From: Acidobacteriota bacterium
GTDB taxonomy: Bacteria > Acidobacteriota > Terriglobia > Acidiferrales > 2-02-FULL-67-57
DNA: 64,000 bases
Reading direction: 5' to 3'
Assembly (NCBI GenBank): GCA_037442885.1
Contig: JBBIPK010000009.1
Coordinates: forward strand, 4,249-68,248
Shown: positions 1 through 10,869 of the stretch, one piece after another
Layout: the number at the start of each line of letters is the position of its first letter
Position numbering within the stretch: position 1 is the stretch's first letter
Position numbers and translations under genes: made by a program
The notes under the pieces: model-generated
What the model was told of the DNA's origin: nothing
Databases searched by the model: none
What the model saw: the letters and a program-made list of their open reading frames with translations, nothing else

Positions 1-212
1 TGAAACCGTGCCATCCCGCAGACAACCGCCGGGTCATCCGCAAATCCACGGTCGCCGTGAATCTCGCTGAACCCTTCGAACAGCATCTTCACGTAATCAA
101 GCGTGTAGGGGCGCTGCGGGTGTCTGGCCAGCTCGACCTTTTGCCAGGCCGTCCGCTTGGCCGCCGTCGCCAGTGGCTGTGCTGTGTCGCGTGACTCCGC
201 CATTCGTCGCAT
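1..212 (-). CDS. accA: acetyl-CoA carboxylase carboxyltransferase subunit alpha, N-terminal part (gene runs off the left edge)
   Basis: Not in the ORF track because it is truncated by the window edge. Manual minus-strand translation from ATG 212..210 gives [70 protein letters not shown]. This matches the AccA motif AWQxxxLARHPxRPYTLDY...GDRxxADDxAxVxGxAR. The start lies 2 nt after the dnaE stop (215..217). Confidence 0.8.
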   Translation of the reverse strand, partial: MRRMAESRDTAQPLATAAKRTAWQKVELARHPQRPYTLDYVKMLFEGFSEIHGDRGFADDPAVVCGMARF

Positions 213-214
213 CC

Positions 215-3200
215 TCAGAGCATGACCGAAACGGCGTCCGCTCCGCAGAGTGACCGCACCTGCCCCAGCAGCTCCTCGTCCGGTTCCACCCGTAACGGCT
301 GGCGGGGATCCAGCCGTACCCGGTACTCCTGGCTGTGCTCCAGCTCAAACGCCACCGCCGCCCGCCCTGGCTTGCGCTGGAACAGTTCCAGTAATTGCTC
401 CACCAGCCCGGCGTCCACCTGCGCGAGATTCAACCGAATGACCAACTGACCCGCCGGCTGCGGCAGTGCCTCCTCGAGCGGCTTCAAGTCCACCACCGCA
501 ATACGTATCCCCGATTCTTCCACCCGCATCCGCCCCTTCACCACCACCGTTGCATCCGGGAACAGCTTGGACTCCAACCGTGCAAAGGCCTCCGGAAACA
601 CCAGCAAGTCAATCACACCTGTCATATCTTCCAGCGTTGCAATCGCCCATCGCTCGCCCTTCTTGCTGCGCAACGGCCGCACCTTCACCACAATACCGGC
701 CAGGCACACTTCCTCTACGTTCGGCCGCTCTTCCATTTCCGCAATCGCAGTCACCTTCAACTCCGCCAGACGGTCCCGGTACCGTGCCAGTGGATGCCCC
801 GTAATGTAGAAGCCTAGGATCTCCTTTTCATACCGCAGCCGCTCGTGTTCCGGCCATTCGTCCACCTCGGGCAACGAAGGAGAAGGCGCGGGCAGTACGC
901 CCTCTCCTGAGAACAGTGCGGACTGCCCGGCGGCTTCCTTTCGTTGCTGCCGCGCCGCGCGCTCCAAGGCGCTGTCAATCGCCGCGTAGAGCTGCGCTCG
1001 CCGCGCTCCCAACGAATCCATAGCGCCGGCCTTGATCAGACTTTCCAGCACGCGCCGGTTCAGTACGCGCAGGTCCACTCTGTCGCAGAATTCATAGAGC
1101 GAACTGAATCGGTTCACCTGCTGCCGCGCTTGCTGAATCGCCTGTACGGTGTTGTAGCCCACGTTTCGCACCGCACCCAATCCGAAACGAATCGCATCCC
1201 CCGCCGGCGTGAAGCTCCAATCACTCTGATTGATGTCCGGGGCCAGAACCGTGATGCCCATCTCCCGGGCCTCATGAATGTATTTCACGACCTTTTCCGA
1301 ATTCCCCGTCTCCGCCGTGAGCAGCGCTGACATGAATTCCACGGGATAGTGGGTTTTCAGGTACGCGGTCTGATAGGCGACCAGCGCGTACGCAGCCGAA
1401 TGGGACTTGTTGAATCCGTATCCGGCAAACTCTGCCATCAGATCGAAGATACGAGCCGCTTTCTTCTCGGGAATCTTGCTCTGTTTGCACCCCGCAATGA
1501 ACTTCTCGCGCTGCGCCTTCATCTCCTCCCGCTTCTTCTTCCCCATCGCCCGGCGCAGGATGTCAGCTTCTCCCAGGCTGAATCCCGCCAGGCGATTGGC
1601 AATCTGCATCACCTGTTCCTGGTAGACGATGACACCGTAGGTCTCTTCCAGGATCTCCTTCAGTTCCGGCAGTTCGTAGGTGACGCTCCGCAGACCTTGC
1701 TTCCGCTGGATGAAGTCGTCAATCATGCCTCCCTGGATCGGTCCCGGCCGATAGAGCGCGTTCAGCGCAATCAGGTCTTCCGGGCGCGTCGGCTTGTAGC
1801 GCCGCAGAATCTCGCGCATCCCGCGCGACTCGAACTGAAAGATACCGCTGGTCTCGCCGCGTCCGAACAGGGCAAAGGTCTCGGAATCGTCCGGCGGGAT
1901 GTCTTCGAGCCGCACCGCTTGCCCGCGGTTCTGCACCACCAGCTTCAACGTGTCGTCCACCACGGTCAGGGTCGTAAGGCCCAGGAAATCCATCTTCAGC
2001 AGGCCGATCTTCTCCAGATCGTCCATCGCATACTGCGTCACCACTTCGTCTCGATTCGTCTTGTAGAGCGGAACCAAGTCTGTGAGCGGCTGCGGCGAAA
2101 TCACCACTCCGGCCGCATGTGTCGAAGCGTGCCGCGCAAGCCCTTCGAGCTTCTTCGCCACCGCCAGCACTTCTCTCGCCTTCGAGTCCCGCTCGCAGAG
2201 CTGCGCCAGTGGCGGCGACTGCGCTACCGCCTGTTCCAGTGTGATGTTGAGCACCGGCGGCACCAGCTTGGCCATCCGGTCGGCCTCCGCGTAGGGGATT
2301 TCCAGCGCACGGGCTACGTCCTTCAACGCCGCTTTCGCCGCCAGTGTTCCGAAGGTGATGATCTGCGCCACGTTGTCCCGGCCGTACTTCTGCGTCACGT
2401 AGTCCAGCACCTCGCCCCGCCGCCGCATGCAGAAGTCAATGTCAATGTCAGGCAAGGAAATCCGCTCCGGATTCAGGAAGCGCTCAAACAGCAGGTCATA
2501 CTGCAATGGATCAATGTCGGTGATCCCGAGCGCGTAACTCACCAGGCTCCCGGCCGCCGAGCCGCGGCCCGGCCCCACCGGGATCCCCTGCTCCCGCGCT
2601 CGCCGCACCAGGTCCCAGACGATGAGAAAGTAGCCGGCGAATCGCATCCGCTGGATGGTCTCGATTTCTAGATTTAGCCGCTCCGCGTAGGCTCCGAGCG
2701 CTTGCCGCAGGCGCCCCGCCCGCGCCAGCGCTTCCAGGTGCGCGCGGCGTTGCGCAAAACCCTCCCGCGCCATCTTTTCGAAATAACTCTCCAGCGTGTG
2801 ACCATCCGGCACCTCGAACCGCGGGAAGGGATGCGCCACTTTCTCCAGCTTCACCTGGCACCGCTCCGCAATCCGCACGGTTTGAGCCACGGCTTCCGGC
2901 ACGGCCCGGAACACGTGCTGCATCTCCTCCGCCGTCTTCAAATAGAACTGGTCGGAGCCGAACCGCATCCGGTTCGGGTCGCCAATCGTCTTACCGGTCT
3001 GGATGCACAGCAGCACGTCGTGGGAGCGGGCATCGTCCCGGGTCAGATAGTGGCAATCGTTCGTTGCCACCAGGGGAATGGCCATCTCCTGGGCGAGTCG
3101 CAACAGACTTGGCTGGATCCGATGCTCCAACTCCAGCCCCTGGTCTTGCAGCTCAAGGAAAAAATTCCCCCGCCCGAAAATGTCTTCAAGTTCGCCGGCC

Positions 3201-3676
3201 GTCTGCCGGGCCCCGGCGTAATCGTTCTCCAACAGGCGGCTTGCCACCGCGCCCCGCAGGCACGCTGACAGCGCAATCAACCCGCGGCTGTGCGACGCCA
3301 ACAGTTCCTTGTCGATGCGGGGCTTGTAGTAGAAGCCTTCCAGAAACCCGCGCGAAACCAATCGCACGAGATTGTGATAGCCCTCGTTGTTCTCGCACAA
3401 CACCACCAGGTGGTGTGTCTGTTCCCCATTGCCCGAACGCTCGTGCCGACTTCCTTCTGTAACGTAGAGTTCACACCCCAGAATCGGCTTCACTCCGGCG
3501 GCCTCGGCCGCGTGGTAGAACTTCACGGCGGCAAACAGATTCCCGTGATCGGTGACCGCCACCGCCGGCATCCGCTGGCGGGCCACTTCCCTCACCAGCC
3601 CGCCGATTTCGCATGCCCCGTCCAGCAGACTGTAGTCGGTGTGAAGATGCAGGTGGACAAAATCGGGCCGCTGCAT
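215..3676 (-). CDS. dnaE: DNA polymerase III subunit alpha
   Basis: 1153-aa ORF. It has an N-terminal PHP domain ([14 protein letters not shown]...VAVTDHGN), the pol III alpha core ([29 protein letters not shown]) and a C-terminal OB region. Confidence 0.97.
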   Translation of the reverse strand: MQRPDFVHLHLHTDYSLLDGACEIGGLVREVARQRMPAVAVTDHGNLFAAVKFYHAAEAAGVKPILGCELYVTEGSRHERSGNGEQTHHLVVLCENNEGYHNLVRLVSRGFLEGFYYKPRIDKELLASHSRGLIALSACLRGAVASRLLENDYAGARQTAGELEDIFGRGNFFLELQDQGLELEHRIQPSLLRLAQEMAIPLVATNDCHYLTRDDARSHDVLLCIQTGKTIGDPNRMRFGSDQFYLKTAEEMQHVFRAVPEAVAQTVRIAERCQVKLEKVAHPFPRFEVPDGHTLESYFEKMAREGFAQRRAHLEALARAGRLRQALGAYAERLNLEIETIQRMRFAGYFLIVWDLVRRAREQGIPVGPGRGSAAGSLVSYALGITDIDPLQYDLLFERFLNPERISLPDIDIDFCMRRRGEVLDYVTQKYGRDNVAQIITFGTLAAKAALKDVARALEIPYAEADRMAKLVPPVLNITLEQAVAQSPPLAQLCERDSKAREVLAVAKKLEGLARHASTHAAGVVISPQPLTDLVPLYKTNRDEVVTQYAMDDLEKIGLLKMDFLGLTTLTVVDDTLKLVVQNRGQAVRLEDIPPDDSETFALFGRGETSGIFQFESRGMREILRRYKPTRPEDLIALNALYRPGPIQGGMIDDFIQRKQGLRSVTYELPELKEILEETYGVIVYQEQVMQIANRLAGFSLGEADILRRAMGKKKREEMKAQREKFIAGCKQSKIPEKKAARIFDLMAEFAGYGFNKSHSAAYALVAYQTAYLKTHYPVEFMSALLTAETGNSEKVVKYIHEAREMGITVLAPDINQSDWSFTPAGDAIRFGLGAVRNVGYNTVQAIQQARQQVNRFSSLYEFCDRVDLRVLNRRVLESLIKAGAMDSLGARRAQLYAAIDSALERAARQQRKEAAGQSALFSGEGVLPAPSPSLPEVDEWPEHERLRYEKEILGFYITGHPLARYRDRLAELKVTAIAEMEERPNVEEVCLAGIVVKVRPLRSKKGERWAIATLEDMTGVIDLLVFPEAFARLESKLFPDATVVVKGRMRVEESGIRIAVVDLKPLEEALPQPAGQLVIRLNLAQVDAGLVEQLLELFQRKPGRAAVAFELEHSQEYRVRLDPRQPLRVEPDEELLGQVRSLCGADAVSVML

Positions 3677-3703
3677 TGGCCCCCTATTCTAGCAGAAGAT
3701 TCG

Positions 3704-5077
3704 CTACTGGCTCTTGCTCTTCGCTGGCTTTGTCTTCGCCGCCGGGAGATGGGATCTGGGCTTCCCTGCCCCCTTGCGCGCTTTCTTCACCGGTTTCGCC
3801 ACACCCGCTAGCTTGTTCAGAAATCGCATCTGCTTTGCTCGGTTCGGCAGTTTGCCGTCCAACCGGGCGTAGAAAAACCGCTCGAGGATCTCATCAAACT
3901 TCGGCCCGCGGGGCACGCCCAGCAGCTCAAGCTCGCGCACGGGCAACTCTCGCCGCAACGGCCGGTAACGAAACAGGTAGTTGTGCACCTTCGCCTGGAC
4001 CTTTTTTTTCTGGCTGAACCACGTCAGGGTAAACACCAGAAGCTCAATCGCCACCGGCTGCAACAGGTCGTAGATCTGCCGCGGCTTCGCCATCCGCCGC
4101 CCGCTCAACGACTGCGCAACCTTCTTGGCCTCTGACTCCAACCGCAGCACACTCTCCGCGGCTTTTCCTTTGACTCCGATGTTTCGCAGAAGGGCGTAGG
4201 CCTCCCGACTCTTCAGCCGGCGCATGATGTAGAACAACACGGGGCGATGGGGATCGAAGAGGTAGCCCGCCGCAAGAGCGGCCTGTCGATACTTCTGGAG
4301 TTTGGCCAACCCTCCGTAGTCGGGGCCCCGACGCTGGAGCTTGGCGTGAAACACTCCCAGCAGCCCTTGCCCCTGCCAAGCTTTGAGAATCGCCGTGGGA
4401 TTGTCCTCGCGGGTCAACTGTCGCATCTCGCACCCGGCGGCTGCCGGTGTGATCAGGTCCGTGTACCGCTTTTCCAGCGCCAACTCGAACAGCTCTTCTG
4501 TCCTCGGCTCTGCTGTCAGTCCAAGTCGTGTCCTGAATCGCACCAGACGCAGCACCCGCACGGGGTCGTGGAGAAAGCTGTAGTTGTGCAGCAGCCGCAA
4601 CGTCCGGCTTTCCAGATCGGCCAGACCGTTTGCCGGATCCAACAACAGTCCGCGCGACCCGGGGTTCAGCGAGATGCCGATGGCATTGATGGAGAAGTCT
4701 CGCCGTCGCAAGTCTTCGAGAATGGGCGCGGGCTTCACCTCTGGCGGTTCTCCCGGCTTGGAGAAGATTTCAGTCCGCGCCAACTCGATGCTGCAGAGTA
4801 CTCCGTTGTGGAAGTCAATCTCTGCCGCCCGACGTCTCTCCTCCCACTGAAACGAACGGAATTCAGCTTCATCCAGCAGACGGATAAACCGCTGGACGTT
4901 TCCTTCGACGGCAAAGTCCAAGTCGCGAATCGGCGAGCCGGTCATCAGGTCTCGCACCGCACCACCGACCAGGTACAGATTCACCGGAATCGTCTGCGCC
5001 AAGTCCTGCAGCCGATTCAGCAGCTGCCACTGCTCCGGGGAAAGCCGGCTCTGCAGCATGAAGATGTAATCCGGCAT
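3704..5077 (-). CDS. class II nucleotidyltransferase (CCA-adding enzyme / poly(A) polymerase family)
   Basis: 457-aa ORF with the head-domain motifs LYLVGGAVRDLM...RDLDFAV and a basic K/R-rich C-terminal tail. CCA-adding enzyme and PcnB cannot be distinguished by eye. Confidence 0.8.
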   Translation of the reverse strand: MPDYIFMLQSRLSPEQWQLLNRLQDLAQTIPVNLYLVGGAVRDLMTGSPIRDLDFAVEGNVQRFIRLLDEAEFRSFQWEERRRAAEIDFHNGVLCSIELARTEIFSKPGEPPEVKPAPILEDLRRRDFSINAIGISLNPGSRGLLLDPANGLADLESRTLRLLHNYSFLHDPVRVLRLVRFRTRLGLTAEPRTEELFELALEKRYTDLITPAAAGCEMRQLTREDNPTAILKAWQGQGLLGVFHAKLQRRGPDYGGLAKLQKYRQAALAAGYLFDPHRPVLFYIMRRLKSREAYALLRNIGVKGKAAESVLRLESEAKKVAQSLSGRRMAKPRQIYDLLQPVAIELLVFTLTWFSQKKKVQAKVHNYLFRYRPLRRELPVRELELLGVPRGPKFDEILERFFYARLDGKLPNRAKQMRFLNKLAGVAKPVKKARKGAGKPRSHLPAAKTKPAKSKSQ

Positions 5078-5099
5078 AGCCCTCCTCGCTCAGCGCGCC

Positions 5100-5981
5100 T
5101 CAGGCCCGAGGATGATGGGCGCGATAGACCTGCTTCAAGCGCTCCTGTGCCACATGGGTATAGATCTGGGTGGTAGAGATGTCGGCGTGCCCCAGCAGAA
5201 GTTGAACCGATCGCAGGTCTGCCCCACGCTCCAGCAAGTGTGTGGCAAAACTGTGCCGGAGCCGGTGCGGTGTCAGCCGGCTGCGAATCCCTGCCTGCCG
5301 TCCGTAGGCCCGAAGAATCTTCCAGAAACCCTGCCGCGTCAGTGCGCGCCCTCGGTGACTCAGAAAGAGGGCACTGCTCGGCCGCCGCGCCAGTTTCGCA
5401 CGCCCTGCCGCCAGATACTCCCGCAGGGCGTTCACAGCCTCCCGCCCGACCGGCACCACGCGCTCCTTGCTTCCCTTCCCCAAACAACGCAGAGTCCCCA
5501 TCTCCAACTCGAGGTCAGTCACTTCCAGACCCACCAGCTCGGACACCCGCAGTCCTGTGGCATAAAGCAACTCAAGCATCGCCCGATCCCGCAATCCCGC
5601 CGGCGTCTTCCGATCCGGCTGGCGCAACAGGCGCTCGACCTCCTCCAGTGTCAAGTATCCGGGGAGCCGTTTCCACACCCGGGGCGATGCTACCTCCGCC
5701 GTGGGATCCGCAGCAACCGCCTCCTCCTGCAACAGAAACCTGTAGAAAGCTCTCAGGCTCACCAGTTGCCGGGCCACCGTGCGCGCATCCAAGCCTTGCT
5801 TGTAGAGCTGGCCCAGGAAATCCACGAGTTGCGCACGCTCGATTCCGGTTGGCTCCAACCGCCGCACCTGGCAGTGCTGCAGAAACTTGCGTACGTCCCG
5901 CCGATACACCTCCACGGTGCGGGGCGAAAGCCCGCGCTCAACGCGGAGATAGTTCACGAAAGGCGAGAGGTAATTGGCCAT
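5100..5981 (-). CDS. xerD: site-specific tyrosine recombinase XerD/XerC family
   Basis: 293 aa. It has an N-terminal SAM-like domain (YLRVERGLSPRTVEVYRRD) and the catalytic region ATGLRVSEL...HRLRHSFATHLLERGADLRSVQLLLGHADISTTQIYTHV. The start overlaps the murJ stop. Confidence 0.85.
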   Translation of the reverse strand: MANYLSPFVNYLRVERGLSPRTVEVYRRDVRKFLQHCQVRRLEPTGIERAQLVDFLGQLYKQGLDARTVARQLVSLRAFYRFLLQEEAVAADPTAEVASPRVWKRLPGYLTLEEVERLLRQPDRKTPAGLRDRAMLELLYATGLRVSELVGLEVTDLELEMGTLRCLGKGSKERVVPVGREAVNALREYLAAGRAKLARRPSSALFLSHRGRALTRQGFWKILRAYGRQAGIRSRLTPHRLRHSFATHLLERGADLRSVQLLLGHADISTTQIYTHVAQERLKQVYRAHHPRA

Positions 5982-7600
5982 CAGTTATCCTGCGCTGCTG
6001 TCGGCGCGACCGCCCGGCGCGCGACCTCGGTGGTTCCATTCGGGCTTCGTTGCCACAGCATTCGGAACTCGCGCCACTCTTCCACACGTAACACCCAGGC
6101 AAGAAACCCGTAGAGAGCAAGGGCCAACCCCAGTGTAAGGCTAAGACGCAGGAGCAGGTCGGCAAACGACTGCTTGGTCCCCAGACCCAGCGTCCCACTC
6201 AACAACCAGCACAAGCCGCCCATCACCGCTGCCATGCCAGCTGTGCGGAACAGCGACCCGACCAAAGCTCCCTCCTCCAGCCCGCCAATTCTTCGACGCA
6301 AGAGATAGTAGAGGCTTGCGAAGTTCACAACCGAGGCCAGAGACGTCGCCAGGGCTAGCCCTGCATGTTGGAGGGGACGCACGAGCACGGCGCACAGCAC
6401 TACGTTCGCCACCAGCGCGATCCCCGCCATCCGCACCGGCGTCGCCGTGTCGCCCAGCGCGTAAAACGCCTGCACCACCAGCCGTACAGCTGCGAACGCT
6501 GGCAGTCCCAGCGCATAATAAAGCAACGCGCGCGCGGTCAACGCTGTCGACTCGCTCCCGAACGCCGCGTGCTGAAACAAGACTCGAATGATCGGCTCGT
6601 GCAGCGCAATCAAGCCCACACTGGCGGGGATGACGATGAAGCCCACATTGCGAAACGCAAACAGCAGCGTGCGCTTCAATCCCTCCAGGTTGTGTTCGGC
6701 CGCCTGGCGAGACATCAAGGGCAGGATGACTGTTGCCACGCTGATCGCATATACTCCCAGCGCTACTTCCATTACGCGGTCAGCGTAGTAGAGTGCCGCG
6801 ACGCTCCCCCTCGGCACCCACGCGGAGGTGGCAAAGACTGTGCTAATCAGTACGTTGACCTGATAGATTCCCACGCCCGCAAATGCTGGAAGCACCAGCC
6901 GCGCCACCCGCCGCACCCCCGGGTGAGTGAACCCGAAACCCCAAAGAAAGTGCATCCCCCGCCGCCACAGCCCCGGCACTTGCACTCCTAACTGCAACAC
7001 CCCGCCCGCGACAACCCCCACGGCCAAGGCAATCGCCGGCTCCTGATACCCCGTGAGATAGGCCGTACCGGCTGCGCCCAGAATTGCCACATTCAGGAAG
7101 ATCGGGGTCGAGGCCGGCAGCCCGAAACTGCCCAGCGTGTTCAAGGCGGCGCTCGCCAAGGCAGTCAGGCCGATCAGCGTGCAGTAAGGAAAAATGATTC
7201 GGGTCAGCACAACCGCTAGCTTCCATTCTCCGGGCGCTGGGCTCAGCAGTGTGAACAAACGAACAAGATCCGGAGCAAACAGCATCCCGGCCAGCGTGAC
7301 TCCGGTCAGCACCGCCGCCAGCGTCCAGAACATCCGGTTGGCAAAGTCCCAAGCTTCCGCCGGGCGCTGCGCCCGATACTGAGAGAAAACCGGAATGAAG
7401 GCCCCTGTCATCGCGCCTTCGGCGGTCAGACGCCGGAGCAGGTTTGGGATGCGGAAGGCGATGACAAAGGCGTCAGCCGCAAGGGAGGTTCCCAAGAGGA
7501 TGGCCAGCGCCAAATCGCGCGCGTAGCCGAGCGCACGGCTCAAAAGGGTAAGAAAACTGACTAATCCTGCCGAACGTAGGATCTGCTGCTTTTCCGTCAA
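5981..7600 (-). CDS. murJ: lipid II flippase MurJ (MviN)
   Basis: 539-aa polytopic membrane ORF. The N-terminus SAGLVSFLTLLSRALGYARDLALAILLG...ADAFVIAFRIPNLLRRLTAEGA is typical of MurJ. The start codon is TTG. Confidence 0.9.
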   Translation of the reverse strand: MTEKQQILRSAGLVSFLTLLSRALGYARDLALAILLGTSLAADAFVIAFRIPNLLRRLTAEGAMTGAFIPVFSQYRAQRPAEAWDFANRMFWTLAAVLTGVTLAGMLFAPDLVRLFTLLSPAPGEWKLAVVLTRIIFPYCTLIGLTALASAALNTLGSFGLPASTPIFLNVAILGAAGTAYLTGYQEPAIALAVGVVAGGVLQLGVQVPGLWRRGMHFLWGFGFTHPGVRRVARLVLPAFAGVGIYQVNVLISTVFATSAWVPRGSVAALYYADRVMEVALGVYAISVATVILPLMSRQAAEHNLEGLKRTLLFAFRNVGFIVIPASVGLIALHEPIIRVLFQHAAFGSESTALTARALLYYALGLPAFAAVRLVVQAFYALGDTATPVRMAGIALVANVVLCAVLVRPLQHAGLALATSLASVVNFASLYYLLRRRIGGLEEGALVGSLFRTAGMAAVMGGLCWLLSGTLGLGTKQSFADLLLRLSLTLGLALALYGFLAWVLRVEEWREFRMLWQRSPNGTTEVARRAVAPTAAQDN

Positions 7601-7626
7601 ATGCCTCGCCCGTCCGGCGCCGCCAA

Positions 7627-7655
7627 TTGACAGAACATCGAAAGCATATTAGCAT
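7627..7655 (+). promoter_or_regulatory. candidate sigma70-type promoter, TTGACA-N17-TAGCAT
   Basis: TTGACA at 7627..7632, a 17-nt spacer, then TAGCAT at 7650..7655. It sits about 48 nt upstream of the GTG at 7703, in the murJ-divergent intergenic region. Confidence 0.3.
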
Positions 7656-7702
7656 AGCGGCCACTGCGCGTAAATCTCCCGCCCTTCAGTTGACGGTCGC
7701 AC

Positions 7703-8188
7703 GTGAACAGCAGACCTGCGTCAACGCACAAAAAGGTTCTTGTCGAAACCCGCAGCGGCGAGCTGCGGCGCGGCTTCTTGAACCTGCGCGCGCTGGAGAA
7801 TGACTCGACCCTGGAGCTCCTCAATGAGAGCAGCGAACTCCAAAGTCTGGCGTGGAGCGAAGTGCACGCTATCTGGTTTGTTTCCGAGTGGAACCTTCCC
7901 CTGCCTGACCGCCCGCGTGTTTTCGCCCGCCGCCCTCGCCTCCAGGGACTCTGGATTCGTCTCAGCTTTCCCGACGGCGACGTCATCGAAGGCATTCTTC
8001 CTAACAACCTCCTGCCCACCTATGCCGTCGGCTTCCTCTTGACTCCACCGCCCCTCGGGGGAAGTCCCACACGGGTCTTTGTGCCGCGCAGCGCCGTGAC
8101 CGATGCGCGTATTGTCGGTGTCATCGCGCCCCTTAGTGGACGCCGGCCGCTCCCTCGACCCTCGCAGCCCGGCCTCTTTTCCGAATAA
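7703..8188 (+). CDS. hypothetical protein (161 aa)
   Basis: GTG-initiated ORF with high GC3 and non-repetitive composition, filling the gap between murJ and lpxD. I recognise no motif. The antisense ORFs at this locus are low-complexity. Confidence 0.5.
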   Translation: MNSRPASTHKKVLVETRSGELRRGFLNLRALENDSTLELLNESSELQSLAWSEVHAIWFVSEWNLPLPDRPRVFARRPRLQGLWIRLSFPDGDVIEGILPNNLLPTYAVGFLLTPPPLGGSPTRVFVPRSAVTDARIVGVIAPLSGRRPLPRPSQPGLFSE

Positions 8189-8223
8189 TCCCAGTTCTGT
8201 TTCGTGCGGCGCAACACATCCGC

Positions 8224-8229
8224 TAGAAT
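8224..8229 (+). promoter_or_regulatory. candidate -10 element TAGAAT within the 11-mer CCGCTAGAATC
   Basis: It lies 46 nt upstream of the lpxD ATG. The identical 11-mer CCGCTAGAATC recurs upstream of the gene at 33764. Confidence 0.3.
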
Positions 8230-8274
8230 CGCGTCGCATGTCTTCATTCTGAGGGCTAGAACGGAGAGCATCCG

Positions 8275-9315
8275 ATGAAACTAGGCGAGATTGCACAGCG
8301 GCTGGGTTGTGTCCTCCGGGGGAATGGTGAGCTGGAAGTCCGTGCGGTGGCTCCCATCGAAACCGCAGGACCTGGCGAGCTGACCTTTTTAACCAATCCC
8401 CGCTACCGGCGAAAACTGAAGGACAGCCGTGCAGCTGCCGTGATCGTAGATACCAACTTCGAGGACCTGCCTCTGCCCACTTTGCGCTCCGAGAACCCCT
8501 ACCTTACCTTTGCCCGAGCGCTGGAACTTTTCTACCAGCCCCCACCCTTCCCCGCGGGAATTCATCCCACCGCCGTCGTTTCCCCGCGGGCACGCATTGG
8601 TCCAGGATCCTCCATTGGCCCCTATTGCTTTGTCGACGATGACGTTGTCATCGGCGCACGTTGCCGCCTGCACAGCTTCGTGGTCATCTATCGCGGCGCT
8701 CACATCGGTGATGATTTCACTGCCCATTCCCACGCCATCATCCGTGAGTATTGCCGCGTGGGGCACCGGGTTGTCCTCCAGAATGGGGCTGTGATCGGCT
8801 GCGATGGCTTCGGGTTTGCGCGACAGGAAGACGGTCGTTACTACAAGATCGTCCAAGCGGGTTCAGTCATCATCGAAGACGATGTGGAGATCCAGGCCCA
8901 CACCTGCGTCGACCGGGCGACGGTGGGTGAAACCCGCCTCGCCAGCGGCGCGAAGCTTGACAATCTAGTCCAGGTCGGCCATGCCTCCAAGGTCGGGGAA
9001 AACACTTTACTCTGTGCCCAAGTGGGACTAGCGGGAAGCACCCTCGTCGGCCGCGACGTCATCCTCGCCGGTCAGGTCGGCGTCGCCGGTCACTGCGAAA
9101 TCGGAGATGCCGCCCGCGCCACCGCCCAATCCGGTATCCCCAACGACGTTCCTGCAGGCCACACCGTTTCGGGCTATCCTGCCATCGAGAATCGGCTCTG
9201 GCTGAAGTCCTCCGCCCTCTTCGCCCGCCTCCCCGAGCTCTATGAGGAGCTGCGGACGCTCCGCGCGGAGGTGGCAGCTCTTCGAACCGCGAAGAAACCA
9301 AAGAAAGCGCGCTAA
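8275..9315 (+). CDS. lpxD: UDP-3-O-acylglucosamine N-acyltransferase
   Basis: 346 aa with the N-terminal LpxD domain (MKLGEIAQRLGC...) followed by left-handed beta-helix hexapeptide repeats. Confidence 0.9.
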   Translation: MKLGEIAQRLGCVLRGNGELEVRAVAPIETAGPGELTFLTNPRYRRKLKDSRAAAVIVDTNFEDLPLPTLRSENPYLTFARALELFYQPPPFPAGIHPTAVVSPRARIGPGSSIGPYCFVDDDVVIGARCRLHSFVVIYRGAHIGDDFTAHSHAIIREYCRVGHRVVLQNGAVIGCDGFGFARQEDGRYYKIVQAGSVIIEDDVEIQAHTCVDRATVGETRLASGAKLDNLVQVGHASKVGENTLLCAQVGLAGSTLVGRDVILAGQVGVAGHCEIGDAARATAQSGIPNDVPAGHTVSGYPAIENRLWLKSSALFARLPELYEELRTLRAEVAALRTAKKPKKAR

Positions 9316-10172
9316 CGCATTGGCTGGTGGGCATCTTCTGTTTTTTCCTTCCCCCGTTTGGCCGGGGGTAGCGCAGAGGCCACCACTGCCCGCACCCGGC
9401 GCGCTAGCAGCGCCCGATCCTCCAGTGTCAACCCGGCGGTCGAAACCGGGGGATGAATCGTGATTCGAAAAGTCCCGGGGCGCAGCTCCCACTTCCTTTT
9501 GGGCATCAGGCTATCCCCGCCGTCCACGGTGATGGGGATGATCGGGACGCCGGCACGAATTGCCAGAACAAAGACTCCGTGTTTGAAGCGCTGCAAACGT
9601 CCATCCGGACTCCGTGTCCCTTCCGGGAACACCAGAAAGGTTGTGCCGTTTCGAACGTATGCCAGTGCGCGCTCCACTGATTCCTTGGCTGCGTCGGGAT
9701 TTGCCCGATCCACTGGCACGAAATTGGCCAACCGTAACCCCCTCCCCAGTATGGGAAGGGAAAACACCTCCTTCTTTCCCAACAGAGCGATGCGTGGCGG
9801 CAGCACGACAAAGAGCGCCGCCGGATCGATGTTGCTCTGGTGATTCGCCACGTACACGCAAGTCCCGGCGCGCGGGAGATTCTCCACTCCTTCCACATGC
9901 AATCGCACGCCAGCCAGCCGCAATGCCAGCCACGCCCCCCACCAGCCGATTCGATACAGCAGATCGATCCGCTTGACCAGTAGAGCATAGAGGAGAGCTG
10001 GCGTTCCGACGACAAAGATGTAGAGGAAGATAAAAGCCGCGCACCAAGTGGCGCGTCCCTGAGCCAAGAGGCGAGAGAAAGGCTGCGTCAAGCGGTACCG
10101 GTATCCTGAAGCCCCCGGCCCGCTAGAAGAGCTGGCTGCGCTCTTCCCGCTCGCCATAGGGCAGATGAACAA
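9312..10172 (-). CDS. plsC: 1-acyl-sn-glycerol-3-phosphate acyltransferase
   Basis: Contains the acyltransferase HX4D motif (VANHQSNIDP) and FPEGTRS. The N-terminal membrane segment and exact start are uncertain (it overlaps the mgtC stop). Confidence 0.8.
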   Translation of the reverse strand: MFICPMASGKSAASSSSGPGASGYRYRLTQPFSRLLAQGRATWCAAFIFLYIFVVGTPALLYALLVKRIDLLYRIGWWGAWLALRLAGVRLHVEGVENLPRAGTCVYVANHQSNIDPAALFVVLPPRIALLGKKEVFSLPILGRGLRLANFVPVDRANPDAAKESVERALAYVRNGTTFLVFPEGTRSPDGRLQRFKHGVFVLAIRAGVPIIPITVDGGDSLMPKRKWELRPGTFRITIHPPVSTAGLTLEDRALLARRVRAVVASALPPAKRGKEKTEDAHQPMR

Positions 10173-10812
10173 TCTCGCACGCCAATTTCAGGTTGTTCAA
10201 TTCTCGAAGCAATTCCGAATGAACCTGCGGGGCTGCATCCACCTCGAACTGAACCTCATACAGCTCTCCGGCTCGCCGGCAGGTGAGATTGTGCAGGCTC
10301 AGGTTACGTGCGCGCGCCGCTTCGCTCAGGGGGTTCAGAATTCCGTCTACGGTGGGACCGCTCAAGCGGTACACGTGGATCTCGGTCTTCAGTCGCAGCC
10401 GCCGCTCGAGCCAGCCCAGCACCGACAACGCTCCTAGGATCAGCACCGCCATGAAAATTCCCGTTCCGTAGAGCCCGCCCCCCACAGCCATGCCGATGCT
10501 CGCCATGACAAAAATCGTCGCTGCGGTCGTCAATCCCATCACCGAGCCTCGCGCCCGGATGATGGAGCCGGCGCCGATGAAGCCGATGCCCGGAATGAGC
10601 TGCGACGCCACGCGGGTCGGGTCTGCCCCGCCCGCACGAGCCAGTTCGGTGGAAAGAATCGTGAACAAAGCTGAGCCGACGCAGATGAACATGTTTGTTC
10701 GCAGTCCTGCGGGCTTTCCCCGCAACTCTCGCTCCAACCCCACCAAGCCTCCTAGCACGGCGGCCAGCAAGAGCTTGAGCACAATCGTCGGCGTAAGGTC
10801 CAAGGGCGTCAT
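10123..10812 (-). CDS. MgtC/SapB family membrane protein
   Basis: 229 aa. The N-terminus LKLLLAAVLGGLVGLERELRGKPAGLRTNMFICVGSALF is the MgtC signature, and a soluble C-terminal domain follows. Confidence 0.8.
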   Translation of the reverse strand: MTPLDLTPTIVLKLLLAAVLGGLVGLERELRGKPAGLRTNMFICVGSALFTILSTELARAGGADPTRVASQLIPGIGFIGAGSIIRARGSVMGLTTAATIFVMASIGMAVGGGLYGTGIFMAVLILGALSVLGWLERRLRLKTEIHVYRLSGPTVDGILNPLSEAARARNLSLHNLTCRRAGELYEVQFEVDAAPQVHSELLRELNNLKLACEIVHLPYGEREERSQLF

Positions 10813-10846
10813 ACTCTATTCTCCACGGGTTTTAAGCGGATTTTAC

Positions 10847-10869
10847 CGCACACGCAGCGCCCGTGTGCG
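10847..10869 (-). terminator. 8-bp stem hairpin (CGCACACG / CGTGTGCG, 7-nt loop) immediately after the MTAP stop
   Basis: Perfect inverted repeat at 10847..10854 and 10862..10869. No U-tract follows on the minus strand, so terminator function is doubtful. Confidence 0.25.

Noticed and set aside
5100-5981. The tyrosine recombinase as a marker of an integrated mobile element.
   Set aside because: The sequence is XerD-like (chromosome dimer resolution), is embedded between housekeeping genes with overlapping stop/start codons, and has no flanking repeats, att-like sites or cargo genes.
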